Positions 34,664 through 43,740 are shown, counted from the stretch's first letter. The stretch: DNA of 64,000 nt from Salinivirgaceae bacterium (GCA_024405635.1 JAKSOL010000007.1:40755-104754), one strand, 5' to 3'. A program made the numbers and translations. Notes: a model not told the origin generated them from the letters alone.

Positions 34664-34940
34664 TTAGGTTTTGTTTTTATATAAAAAGCGAGCAGAAATG
34701 TTCGCTTTTTTTGTTTTAGTAGGGTTCTCTTTAGCAAAAAAGCCGCCTCGCAATTGAGACGGCTTTTAGCAACTTTACAAAAACCTATTTATGAAAAAAA
34801 CTTATGAAGCAGATTGTATTATTTCTTCATTTGAACAAGACAAAGATACGGCGGTAAAAAACAGCAAAGAGTTAAGGTGTGGTTAAAAACTGTTAAGATT
34901 TGGTTAAAACGCGTTAACGGCCATTTAACTTTAACTACTT

Positions 34941-36542
34941 TTGGTCAATGCTAATAAATACACAACAGAATTGAAACGTCAACATTTTTCGGGATTGATT
35001 GTACTTATGATTCTTTCGCTAGTGGGGATTATAATGGTGCAAGTTTTTTGGATAAAACAAGCAATGAGTGTTCGTGACGAGCAGTTTGCTCAACATGTAA
35101 ATTGGGCATTGTCTCGAGCATCTTATCGCATTGAACGAAACCAAAACTTGTTGTATATAAATCATATAGCGCGTCATGCAGTTAGTCATCCTCATAATCG
35201 CGAGGAGTCTTTAATTATGACGTTAAATGATTTTGCCGATAATAGTCAACCTATTGAACTAACAATAAACGACAAAAAAATGCATGTTACGCACCATAAA
35301 AATGGGCTAAATACCGTAACAATGCAGTTCGACACCGTGATAAACAATGGAAATTACTCGCAAAACATAAAAACATACACATCAGTTACTCAAGGTGTCG
35401 ACGATGAAATTGACGATAATAGAGTAGATATTGAAAAACTGATGAACCAAATGGCCTATGAAATGGAAATGGGGCAGAATCCTGCTAATTATTTGGAACT
35501 ATCAGTTGTAAAATCGGCATTGGCATACGAACTACGAAATGTTGGACTTGATGCTCCGTTTGAGTTTGCGGTTACTAGCGATGGAAAACCTATGCAAAAC
35601 CTATCAAGCAAAGGTTTTCGAAATTCGTATCTAAAACACGCATATCGCACCAATTTGTTCCCAAACGAGATTTTTGCGCATTCAAACCAATTGGTTGTCT
35701 TTTTCCCTAATCGATTACAATCAATACTTCGTAAAATATTGTTGCCAATAGCAGCATCGGTACTATTTGCACTAATAATACTTATAACATTTGGCGTTAC
35801 GTTGCGAATGATGATTAACCAAAAACGAACTACCGAGGTCAAAACTGACTTTATGAACAACATGACGCATGAATTTAAAACACCATTGGCTACTATTCAA
35901 TTAGCAGCCGATTCAATATCGTCGCCAGGTGTGATAACCGAACCTGAAAAAATTCAACGTTTTATACAAATTATAAAGGAAGAAAACCGAAGAATGAATC
36001 GCCAAGTTGAGAGCGTGTTGCAAATGTCGTTACTTGACAAAAAAGATTTTAATCTTAACTTGCAACCTGCTCATATAGAACCAATTGTGGCAAAGGCAGT
36101 AAATAACTTTGGCCTTCAGATTGAAAAACGAAATGGCACCATAACATTTACCAATATGGCCGAAAACGATTGTTCGCGCATAGATGTGAATCACTTTGCA
36201 AATGTGATTTATAACCTTATTGACAATGCAAACAAGTACACTATTGATACTGAACCGCATATTGAAGTGCTAATGCGCAATGTGGGAAAGCACTTGTTTA
36301 TTGAGGTGAAAGACAATGGAATAGGAATGGATAGAGAAACTCAAGAAAAGATTTTTGAGAAATTTTATCGCCATCCAACTGGCGACGTACATACTGTAAA
36401 AGGTTTTGGGTTGGGCTTGAGTTATGCCAAGATAATTGTAATGTCGTGTAAAGGCGAAATACGCGTATCGAGCCAAAAAGGCGAGGGTAGTACATTTGAA
36501 ATATGCTTGCCTACAATTGAATCGTATGAAGTTGAAAATTAA
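34941..36542 (+). CDS. sensor histidine kinase (HisKA + HATPase_c)
   Basis: 533 aa with 2 TM helices, the H-box FMNNMTHEFKTPL, an N box and the G box GFGLGLS. It is followed by an OmpR-type regulator. Confidence 0.8.
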   Translation: MVNANKYTTELKRQHFSGLIVLMILSLVGIIMVQVFWIKQAMSVRDEQFAQHVNWALSRASYRIERNQNLLYINHIARHAVSHPHNREESLIMTLNDFADNSQPIELTINDKKMHVTHHKNGLNTVTMQFDTVINNGNYSQNIKTYTSVTQGVDDEIDDNRVDIEKLMNQMAYEMEMGQNPANYLELSVVKSALAYELRNVGLDAPFEFAVTSDGKPMQNLSSKGFRNSYLKHAYRTNLFPNEIFAHSNQLVVFFPNRLQSILRKILLPIAASVLFALIILITFGVTLRMMINQKRTTEVKTDFMNNMTHEFKTPLATIQLAADSISSPGVITEPEKIQRFIQIIKEENRRMNRQVESVLQMSLLDKKDFNLNLQPAHIEPIVAKAVNNFGLQIEKRNGTITFTNMAENDCSRIDVNHFANVIYNLIDNANKYTIDTEPHIEVLMRNVGKHLFIEVKDNGIGMDRETQEKIFEKFYRHPTGDVHTVKGFGLGLSYAKIIVMSCKGEIRVSSQKGEGSTFEICLPTIESYEVEN

Positions 36543-36553
36543 TTAGTTGCAAT

Positions 36554-37255
36554 ATGACAAAAAAACATATCCTTTTAGTTGAAGATGATTTGAACTTTGG
36601 TTCAGTAATGAAATCGTTTCTTGAAATGAACGATTTATATGTCGATTGGGTTGATGATGGCCAAAACGCTATTGATACGTTTAAAAAAGGTTTCTATGAT
36701 CTTTGCATACTTGATGTAATGTTGCCACATGTTGATGGTTTTACCATTGGTACGCAGATTAAGCAAACGAAACCAGCTATGCCTATCATTTATCTTACGG
36801 CTAAAAACATGAAAGAGGATATTATTAAAGGTTTTAAGATTGGTGCTGACGATTATATTACTAAACCATTTGACTCTGAGGTTCTTATATATAAAATAAA
36901 AGCCATTTTAAAACGTAATCCGTTTTCGCCAGCCGAGGCCGAACGTAACGATACCACTGTGAATATTGGTAGGTTTGTGTTTAACTTTCGCGATCGCTCG
37001 CTTACATTTGAAGATGGCACACAAAGCAAATTGTCGCCCAAAGAGGCTGATTTGCTCTTCTTTTTGCACCAAAATGTAAATAATGTTCTTGATCGCAATT
37101 ACACGCTTGAAAAAATATGGGGCGAAACTGGATATTTTACAGCTCGCAGTATGGATGTTTTTATTACTCGTTTGCGTAAGTTGCTAAAAGCCGACGAGAA
37201 TATTGAAATATCAAACGTACACGGTAGTGGCTACATTCTGAAAGTTAAGGAGTAG
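36554..37255 (+). CDS. OmpR/PhoB-family response regulator
   Basis: 233 aa with a receiver domain (LLVEDD...DVMLP) and a winged-helix C-terminus. Confidence 0.9.
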   Translation: MTKKHILLVEDDLNFGSVMKSFLEMNDLYVDWVDDGQNAIDTFKKGFYDLCILDVMLPHVDGFTIGTQIKQTKPAMPIIYLTAKNMKEDIIKGFKIGADDYITKPFDSEVLIYKIKAILKRNPFSPAEAERNDTTVNIGRFVFNFRDRSLTFEDGTQSKLSPKEADLLFFLHQNVNNVLDRNYTLEKIWGETGYFTARSMDVFITRLRKLLKADENIEISNVHGSGYILKVKE

Positions 37256-37342
37256 CGTCATTTGCTTATTTATTGCAACCAGTTGAAAACAAAAAGGGAA
37301 TTCACAATGTGAACTCCCTTTTTTATTGATAGTTTATTTTGC

Positions 37343-38023
37343 TTATTCAGCAACGTTCAAACTTGCTGCTTTTTCAGGCATATCAAGTGTTGTGTAAATG
37401 TTTTGAAGACCTTTAACAACGTTTTTGTTTGTTGGGTCGTACTCGTATGCTTTTTCAAACAAAGGCAAAGCTTCTTGGAATTTAGCATCAGCTTTAGCAT
37501 ATTCTGCTTTAAATTTATCAGGGTCGCTAGTGTTCATGCCACTTTCGTTAGCTGCTTTTTTAATGCTATTTGCTTCGTTGTACAATGGCATAGCTTTCTT
37601 TTGATAGCAACTACCAATAAGTTTTTTCATTGAAGCATCGTCAGGGAATTTGCCCAAACCTGCATTAAGGGTTTCAATTGCACCATCAACATCTTTGGTG
37701 TCCATTTGAATTTTGCCAAGTTGTTGGTACGATTTGTCAACCTTATAATCGGCCTCAATCGATTTGCGGAACAAAGCTATAGCTTCGTCGTTCATTTTTG
37801 CTTTAGCAGCGCAGTAAGCCGCGTTGTAGTTAATGTTTTTGTCAAGTTCTTTGCCATTTTTTTCGTTATCGGCAAGTACTTGAGTGTAAAGTTCGTATGC
37901 TTTTTTGTAGTCTTTGTTGCGATAAGCTTCGTTGCCGCTGTTTGTTGCTTCAACTACATCAAAATCTTGCGCTTGCACTGTCATTGCGAAGGCCAAAAGC
38001 GCCAAGGTGAATAAATTTTTCAT
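37343..38023 (-). CDS. tetratricopeptide-repeat protein (secreted or lipoprotein)
   Basis: 226 aa with a signal peptide and repeated TPR-like A..Y..A....P motifs. Confidence 0.7.
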   Translation of the reverse strand: MKNLFTLALLAFAMTVQAQDFDVVEATNSGNEAYRNKDYKKAYELYTQVLADNEKNGKELDKNINYNAAYCAAKAKMNDEAIALFRKSIEADYKVDKSYQQLGKIQMDTKDVDGAIETLNAGLGKFPDDASMKKLIGSCYQKKAMPLYNEANSIKKAANESGMNTSDPDKFKAEYAKADAKFQEALPLFEKAYEYDPTNKNVVKGLQNIYTTLDMPEKAASLNVAE

Positions 38024-38051
38024 AATACTAATGGTTTTAAAGGTTTATGTT

Positions 38052-38918
38052 TTATCCAAATACAATAGTCTTGTTGTTGTATACCAATATGCGGCGTTGA
38101 ATGTGATAGCGAATGGCTCGCGATAGCACAATTTTTTCAAGGTCTCGACCTTTCAACACTAGCGAGTCAATTGTGTCGCGGTGTGTAATGCGAGTAACAT
38201 CTTGTTCAATTATTGGACCTTCGTCAAGGTCGGTGGTTACGTAATGCGAAGTTGCACCAATAATTTTTACACCGCGTTTAAATGCTGCATGGTATGGTTT
38301 TGCGCCAGTGAATGCTGGCAAAAACGAGTGGTGTATATTGATGATTTTGTTTGGGTAGTGGTTTATAAAATCTTCTGACACTACTTGCATGTAACGAGCT
38401 AAAACAACAAATGATATGTCGTTGTCTTCCAATAATTTAAGCTCTTTTGCTTCTTGTTCTGCTTTATTTTCTTTAGTGATAGGAAAACAATAGTAAGGTA
38501 TGCCAAATTGCTCAACAACTTTACGCATGTCTTCGTGATTGCTTATAACCAATGGAATTTCAACTTCCCATTCTTTTGATTGGTATCGAGCCAAAATATC
38601 GAACAAGCAGTGGTCCATTTTTGATACAAACAACGCCATGCGAGGTTTGTCTTCCGATAGGTATATTTTAAACTCCATATCGTACGATGATGCGATAAGA
38701 GTTTGGAAATAGTCTTGAATCTTGTTTTTAGGAATAATAAATTCGCTTAAATCCCACTGAATGCGCATAAAAAACTGCCCATCTTCGTGGTCAACGTGCT
38801 GGTCAAGCTGAAGTATGTTTCCGTGGTTATTTTGAATAAACTCTGTAACCTTGGCTACAATTCCGCGTTGGTCGCGGCAGTGCATCAATATGGTTGCAGT
38901 GCTAACAGTAGTGTTCAT
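38052..38918 (-). CDS. purU: formyltetrahydrofolate deformylase
   Basis: 288 aa with an N-terminal ACT domain and a formyltransferase core (IINIHHSFLPAF.GA.PY). Confidence 0.85.
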   Translation of the reverse strand: MNTTVSTATILMHCRDQRGIVAKVTEFIQNNHGNILQLDQHVDHEDGQFFMRIQWDLSEFIIPKNKIQDYFQTLIASSYDMEFKIYLSEDKPRMALFVSKMDHCLFDILARYQSKEWEVEIPLVISNHEDMRKVVEQFGIPYYCFPITKENKAEQEAKELKLLEDNDISFVVLARYMQVVSEDFINHYPNKIINIHHSFLPAFTGAKPYHAAFKRGVKIIGATSHYVTTDLDEGPIIEQDVTRITHRDTIDSLVLKGRDLEKIVLSRAIRYHIQRRILVYNNKTIVFG

Positions 38919-39042
38919 TGTATATACTTTTTTTGAAAAACAGTGCCAAATGTATAAAAAACCTTACTTGCACAAAAATAATACGCGGGACTTTTTAGAT
39001 AGCTGAGGATGCTGAGTCAAATAACAAGAACGAAAGTGTTAC

Positions 39043-39077
39043 GTATTATATAATGCTCAATCTAAGACAAGTAAAAC
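39043..39077. repeat. repeat copy 1 (most degenerate, 31/35)
   Basis: GTATTATATAATGCTCAATCTAAGACAAGTAAAAC. Confidence 0.8.
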
Positions 39078-39253
39078 CATATCTACTCTTATCAACGGAA
39101 ATGGACTAAAATGATGTGGAATGTCTACTTTTGTAAAACTAAAACGCAGAAAAACAACGCCGATGTCTACTTCGGTAAATTATTAATTCAATAAAAAATT
39201 TTCTGTGTCTACTTTTTTGAGCTGGTACAAATTTTTTGGTCCAATGTTTTCAT

Positions 39254-39367
39254 TACCGTCATTTTGATATCAATTTTCGAAAAAAGTTACTGTCATTTTG
39301 AGTAGATTTTCCAATATTTTTACCGTCATTTTGAAACTAAATCATAATATTTGTACCGTCATTTTGA
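39254..39367 (+). repeat. four iteron-like copies of TAC(C/T)GTCATTTTGA at 33-34 bp spacing
   Basis: Copies start at 39254, 39288, 39321 and 39354. The last ends 19 bp before the ATG of the DUF4143 ATPase gene. Confidence 0.7.
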
Positions 39368-39385
39368 GCTCAATACTTATTTATC

Positions 39386-40732
39386 ATGGCCGAAATATAT
39401 CAAAGAGAGGCATTGCAAAGCCTCAGGGAATGGAAGGAAAAGGCTGAACGCAAACCACTTATATTAAGAGGTCCGCGTCAGGTTGGGAAAACTACACTCG
39501 TGGATATTTTCTCAAAGGATTTTGAATCGTACGTTTACCTAAACCTTGAAATCGAGGAAAACGCAAAACTATTCGATACGAGCAAAAACATAAACGAGCT
39601 AATAACCTCGATATTTTTCATTGGCGGGCAAAAGATCAACAAGACAAGCAGCCTACTTTTCATCGACGAGATACAGAACTCGGCACAGGCTGTTATGATG
39701 CTGAGATATTTCTACGAGCAGGCTCCATGGCTTTATGTAATATCAGCAGGCTCACTATTGGAAAACCTTGAAAAAAGGAATATCTCATTCCCTGTGGGCA
39801 GAGTGGAATATATGGCTTTGCGTCCATTCTCGTTCAAGGAATATGCGTGGGCAAATCTAGGCGAGGATGTCTACAACGCCATCAACTCCGTATCCATACC
39901 AGAGGCTTATCACAGCAAGCTGATAAAGGAATTCAACACATACACATTGATAGGCGGCATGCCAGAAGTGGTATCCAACTTCATAAAATACAAAGATATT
40001 CTGAAACTGAACGAGATATACGACACCCTGCTGACCGCGTATCGTGATGACATAGAGAAATACGCTCCAAGAGAGAGCATAACCAAGGCAATGCGTTACA
40101 TAATGGAACACGGTTTCCCATACGCGTCGCAGGAAATAGTATTGGGAGGCTTTGCAGGATCGGCTTACAAGTCAAGGGAAATCGGAGAGGCATTCTCGCT
40201 GCTATCAAAATCGATGCTAACAGAACTTGTGTATCCATCCACGTCAACCGAGATACCGGCTCCTCCAGATATGAAGCGCAGACCCAAACTAATGTGGCTC
40301 GATACAGGAATAGTAAACTACGCCTCTGGCCTTAGGAAAGAGATACTTGGCGCCAATGATATTCTCGACGTTTACAAAGGTAAGATTGCGGAACACATTG
40401 TAGGCCAGGAAATAATATCGACCGACAGCAGATGCTCTTTCCGAAGAAGCTACTGGGTAAGAAACAAACAAGGCTCTGACGCAGAAATGGATTTCACCTT
40501 ACAGAAAGACAACAAGATGATCCCAATAGAAGTAAAAGCAGGAACCAACGCACACTTAAAATCGCTTCACATCTATATGGAAGAATCAGATCAGAATGTA
40601 GCCATCAGAATTTGGTCGAACCCGATGCAAATAGATGACATAAAAACTCCGAAAGGCAAAACTTTCAAACTGATTAACCTGCCTTTCTACTATGTGAGCA
40701 AGATAAACGAGATTTTGGAAAAGGAGATATAA
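39386..40732 (+). CDS. AAA+ ATPase with DUF4143-type C-terminal domain
   Basis: 448 aa with Walker A GPRQVGKTT and Walker B LLFIDEIQ. Its length and architecture are typical of COG1373-like ATPases. It lies between the two degenerate repeats. Confidence 0.8.
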   Translation: MAEIYQREALQSLREWKEKAERKPLILRGPRQVGKTTLVDIFSKDFESYVYLNLEIEENAKLFDTSKNINELITSIFFIGGQKINKTSSLLFIDEIQNSAQAVMMLRYFYEQAPWLYVISAGSLLENLEKRNISFPVGRVEYMALRPFSFKEYAWANLGEDVYNAINSVSIPEAYHSKLIKEFNTYTLIGGMPEVVSNFIKYKDILKLNEIYDTLLTAYRDDIEKYAPRESITKAMRYIMEHGFPYASQEIVLGGFAGSAYKSREIGEAFSLLSKSMLTELVYPSTSTEIPAPPDMKRRPKLMWLDTGIVNYASGLRKEILGANDILDVYKGKIAEHIVGQEIISTDSRCSFRRSYWVRNKQGSDAEMDFTLQKDNKMIPIEVKAGTNAHLKSLHIYMEESDQNVAIRIWSNPMQIDDIKTPKGKTFKLINLPFYYVSKINEILEKEI

Positions 40733-40951
40733 GAAAAAAATCGGAGTTTTAGCGGAATCTATCTAAAAAGGGCACATTCCGCTAAAACTCCGAAAGGCAA
40801 ATTTTTAATTATTTATCTGATATTGTGAAAATTAGGCTATGTTCTCAGCAAAATGAGGTAGGGCGTTTTTAGGGATTTTAGGGGAAGTTCGAAAAGGTGA
40901 ATAACCTGCCTTTCTGGTATACGAGCAAGATTTATGTATCGTGATACATAA

Positions 40952-40986
40952 GTTTTACATAATGCTCAATCTAAGACAAGTAAAAC
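40952..40986. repeat. repeat copy 2 (33/35, shares the AATCTAAG variant with copy 1)
   Basis: GTTTTACATAATGCTCAATCTAAGACAAGTAAAAC. Confidence 0.95.
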
Positions 40987-41220
40987 ATAAGCCATACCCA
41001 AATCGCCTTCGTCGATTATTATATTTTTCAATTGTTCGCCTGTAATACGACGTGTTTGCAAAGTTTCCCAACCAAACGGCAGTGTGCCGTCGTTGTTGGC
41101 TTGAATGTAGTTCACAGCCTTAACATTAAGATCAGTTCTTGTTTCTGCTTCGATACAGAAGTAAACATTTTCGTCGCCTTTTATACGAAAAAAATGTCGT
41201 TGAATGTCTATTAGTTTCAT
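40966..41220 (-). CDS. hypothetical protein; last codons and stop are supplied by repeat copy 2
   Basis: 84-aa ORF. The C-terminal VLLVLD* is encoded by the reverse complement of the repeat, so the native 3' end is probably missing. Confidence 0.35.
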   Translation of the reverse strand: MKLIDIQRHFFRIKGDENVYFCIEAETRTDLNVKAVNYIQANNDGTLPFGWETLQTRRITGEQLKNIIIDEGDLGMAYVLLVLD

Positions 41221-41440
41221 AATTCTTGTTTTTATGTATTGTTTAGTTAGTTATTTGTTTATTTTTGCATCGAGTTCAGCGTCTTTATCGCTAAACAATG
41301 AATTGGCTTCCAACAGCGAGAGCAATTGTAGCTCTCCCATCGCGGATAGCCAATTTTTAATTTTACGACTATCGTAATACCACACATTGTTAGTAGCAAT
41401 AGATTGCTCTATTTTAGTACATATTTTATTGTCATTTTGA

Positions 41441-41475
41441 GTTTTACATAATGCTCAAACTCAGACAAGTAAAAC
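41441..41475. repeat. repeat copy 3 (consensus)
   Basis: Exact 35-mer. Confidence 0.95.
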
Positions 41476-41531
41476 TAATACAGAACAAGTACAACGAACT
41501 TGTTAACCGCATGCAGGCGGTGGTCTTTTAG
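41476..41531 (+). pseudogene. 3'-terminal fragment (last ~17 codons) of a HicB-like gene
   Basis: Encodes IQNKYNELVNRMQAVVF*, near-identical to the C-terminus of 43913..44308. It starts exactly at the repeat boundary. Confidence 0.8.
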
Positions 41532-41610
41532 GACTTAATCAACATTAAGGCGGTGCTGCATTCACCGCTTTTTTTTTGCTTTTAAAAAAAATTTTGTAAT
41601 TTTGTAGTGC

Positions 41611-41697
41611 TTTATAAGCATCCCTGGACTCGCTCCGAGATTGGGTTTGTGTCGAAAGGCTCATACCACCAAAGCCTAACAGTGTTAGGCTTTTTTT
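41611..41697 (+). ncRNA. candidate structured small RNA, copy A
   Basis: Upstream lie TTTG (41575-41578), an 18-nt spacer and TAATTTTG (41597-41604), which fit the Bacteroidetes -33/-7 promoter. The body contains a GAAA-tetraloop hairpin. It ends in the terminator AAAGCCTAAC-AGT-GTTAGGCTTTTTTT (41671-41697). A diverged homologous copy lies at 43741-43832 on the minus strand. Confidence 0.45.
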
Positions 41698-41927
41698 GTT
41701 AATGACGAGTTTGTTTTGATGACATTATAGCCGTCGTCAAAGTAATAATATACCTTTATTTTATCTATATGCCACAAATTGTACAATGCGTTGATAGCCT
41801 TATCTGTATCAATACCTCTTTCTAAGCATTGCAACACGATTTCAGCCTTTTGATGATTTATGGCATAACGTGCTTTTTTTTCAATATTACCAGTTCCTTT
41901 GGTTTGTTTCAAATCTGCTGGAATGCC
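41685..41927 (-). pseudogene. 3' half of a gene homologous to 43235..43734, truncated at the repeat
   Basis: The reading frame GIPADLKQTKGTGNIEKKARYA... runs right up to repeat copy 4. It aligns with ...DGIPADLKQTKGTGNIEKYARYA... of the longer copy. Confidence 0.8.
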
Positions 41928-41962
41928 GTTTTACATAATGCTCAAACTCAGACAAGTAAAAC
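41928..41962. repeat. repeat copy 4 (consensus)
   Basis: Exact 35-mer. Confidence 0.95.
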
Positions 41963-42374
41963 TTACAATACCCTTTACAGTGATGTTTTTTATGGTTGCA
42001 CCGCTCGAATACCCGAATAATCCGATACTGCGTGTTTCAGCCGAACTGTCAGCAACATTCATATTCGAAATGGTGTGGTTGTTGCCGTCAAAAACACCTT
42101 TAAACGGATTCCTTGCCTCGCCAATGCTAAACCACGGTTGATTGTTCAGGTCGATGTCCGCAATAAGTTTATAGTGCAAAGTATCAAATCCCTGTGTTCC
42201 GGCACTAACAACATACGACATAAACGCCAGTTCGTTAGCGGTTCCAATAATATATGGCGACTCTTTGCTGCCATCACCTTCTGTGAATTCTTCCATGGCG
42301 CCTTCCCATGCGTCTGCCGCATGAGTGTTAATCACCGCCAACACCATGACGATGCTAATGAATGTAATCTTTCT
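41963..42374 (-). pseudogene. internal fragment of a secreted GLUG-motif-type surface protein gene, truncated at both repeat boundaries
   Basis: The minus-strand frame begins mid-signal-peptide (RKITFISIVMVLAVINTHAADA) directly after a stop contributed by the repeat. It contains PFKGVFDGNNHTISNMNV and IGLFGYSSGATIKNITVKG and ends after about 137 codons inside repeat copy 4. Confidence 0.7.
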
Positions 42375-42409
42375 GTTTTACATAATGCTCAAACTCAGAC
42401 AAGTAAAAC
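42375..42409. repeat. repeat copy 5 (consensus)
   Basis: Exact 35-mer. Confidence 0.95.
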
Positions 42410-42604
42410 TTTTAGATGTTTCAAATCGGAGGGCGAGAATTTGCCCACCTCCGCCTTGTAAGTAACACGTGTTATTTTGCCGTTCTTTACGTAAAAAGAA
42501 ACTTTTACTACATTGCCGTTCTTTACAGCGTGAACGTGAATGGGTTTGTGTTCGCCAGAATAGAACAAAATTTTTATTCCAAGATATTCGTATATTACAG
42601 GCAT
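42395..42604 (-). CDS. DUF4160 family protein, 3' end replaced by repeat sequence
   Basis: MPVIYEYLGIKILFYSGEHKPIHVHA is typical of DUF4160. The terminal VLLV* is encoded by repeat copy 5. Confidence 0.75.
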   Translation of the reverse strand: MPVIYEYLGIKILFYSGEHKPIHVHAVKNGNVVKVSFYVKNGKITRVTYKAEVGKFSPSDLKHLKVLLV

Positions 42605-42676
42605 AAATTAAAACTCCTTATAATGATTATTTGTAATTCCCACGAAAGGCTTACTACTACTAAACGTTGCACAACA

Positions 42677-42943
42677 ATGTGCATTAACAAGATTATTGCC
42701 GATTGTAAAGCATTTAAGATTGGCAAAACTGGCGACCCTCAAAGCAGGGCGGCCAATTATGGCGATTTTGACAAAATGTATCTTTTGGTTCAAAGCAAAA
42801 ATTCGCTTCTGATTGATAGGCTTGAAGGCTACTATACCCAAAAGTATTACGGCCATAAAAAAAATATGAATATAAACAGAGGTTCTGCGGCTGTTATGGC
42901 TTCTTCTCATAGGACTTACTATTTATATATTGTTGTCAAATAG
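42677..42943 (+). CDS. hypothetical protein (88 aa)
   Basis: The start is taken at ATG 42677 (MCINKIIADCKAFKIGKTGDPQSR...). The upstream part of track ORF 42416..42943 is antisense to the DUF4160 gene. No family was recognised with confidence. Confidence 0.35.
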   Translation: MCINKIIADCKAFKIGKTGDPQSRAANYGDFDKMYLLVQSKNSLLIDRLEGYYTQKYYGHKKNMNINRGSAAVMASSHRTYYLYIVVK

Positions 42944-43192
42944 GCCATTATACATACTTAACGGATTTATGTCTGCTCCGTTGTCCCAAGTAACAATGCC
43001 GTCAACTACGCCAACTTTGGCAAATAATTCTTTGTCGATTAAGGCCTTAAAAACTGGGAAATAGCCTTTTTGTATGTTGTTTTTTAGATAGCATATTTTT
43101 TCTGTGCCATCATAAAATTGCACTTGTAAGGCATATTCGTCTATGTTATATACTTTAACCGACTTCACATCAAAAAAGGCTTTTTCCTTCAT
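42923..43192 (-). CDS. DUF2442 family protein
   Basis: 89 aa. The segment ...YALQVQFYDGTEKICYL...VDGIVTWDNGADINPLSMY is typical of DUF2442. The start codon lies only 7 nt from repeat copy 6. Confidence 0.8.
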   Translation of the reverse strand: MKEKAFFDVKSVKVYNIDEYALQVQFYDGTEKICYLKNNIQKGYFPVFKALIDKELFAKVGVVDGIVTWDNGADINPLSMYNGLFDNNI

Positions 43193-43199
43193 TGTTTTG

Positions 43200-43234
43200 G
43201 TTTTACATAATGCTCAAACTCAGACAAGTAAAAC
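43200..43234. repeat. repeat copy 6 (consensus)
   Basis: Exact 35-mer. Confidence 0.95.
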
Positions 43235-43734
43235 ACGATATTAGCAATATTAGTGAGTTGGCTGAAAATCGTGCAGAGTTCATGGCGTATGCGACAAATC
43301 CTGATTATACATCTACGTTCGACACTGGCAGCGGTGGTTTCTTGGCTAAACATAACTCACGAATACCTAACGACTCAACGTCAAAGAACGATATAGAGAA
43401 GTATGAGAAAGAAATAAGAATGTGCGATGTATTCGTAAAGGCTGGGCACAAGATTGTTTACAAAGAAGATGTCCAAGGGGAGTATGATGTGTTATTTGAC
43501 GGAATTCCAGCAGATTTGAAACAAACCAAAGGAACTGGTAATATCGAGAAATACGCAAGGTACGCCGTGAAGAGTCAGAAAGCAAAAATGGTGCTTTTTT
43601 GTTTGGAAAAGGACATAAATAGAAACAAAGCGGAGGAGGCACTAAGAGCGTTGTATATAGTAGATAAAATCAAAGTGTTGTATTATTATGAGGACAATAC
43701 GAATGTTGTTTTGTCTAATAAATCACTTCTATAA
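43235..43734 (+). CDS. hypothetical protein with possible PD-(D/E)xK-like motif (polymorphic-toxin / polyvalent-protein style)
   Basis: The frame is open from repeat copy 6, and the first internal ATG is at 43282 (MAYATNPDY...). The motif EYDVLFDGIPADLKQTKG suggests a D...D-x-K nuclease. The family assignment is tentative. Confidence 0.4.
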
Positions 43735-43740
43735 AATAGA

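Noticed and set aside
39043-39077. The degenerate 35-mer interpreted as a tracrRNA anti-repeat.
   Set aside because: It has the same orientation as all the other copies. It shares the two substitutions of its neighbour at 40952 and is not followed by stem-loops plus a terminator on either strand. It is better explained as a decayed terminal repeat.
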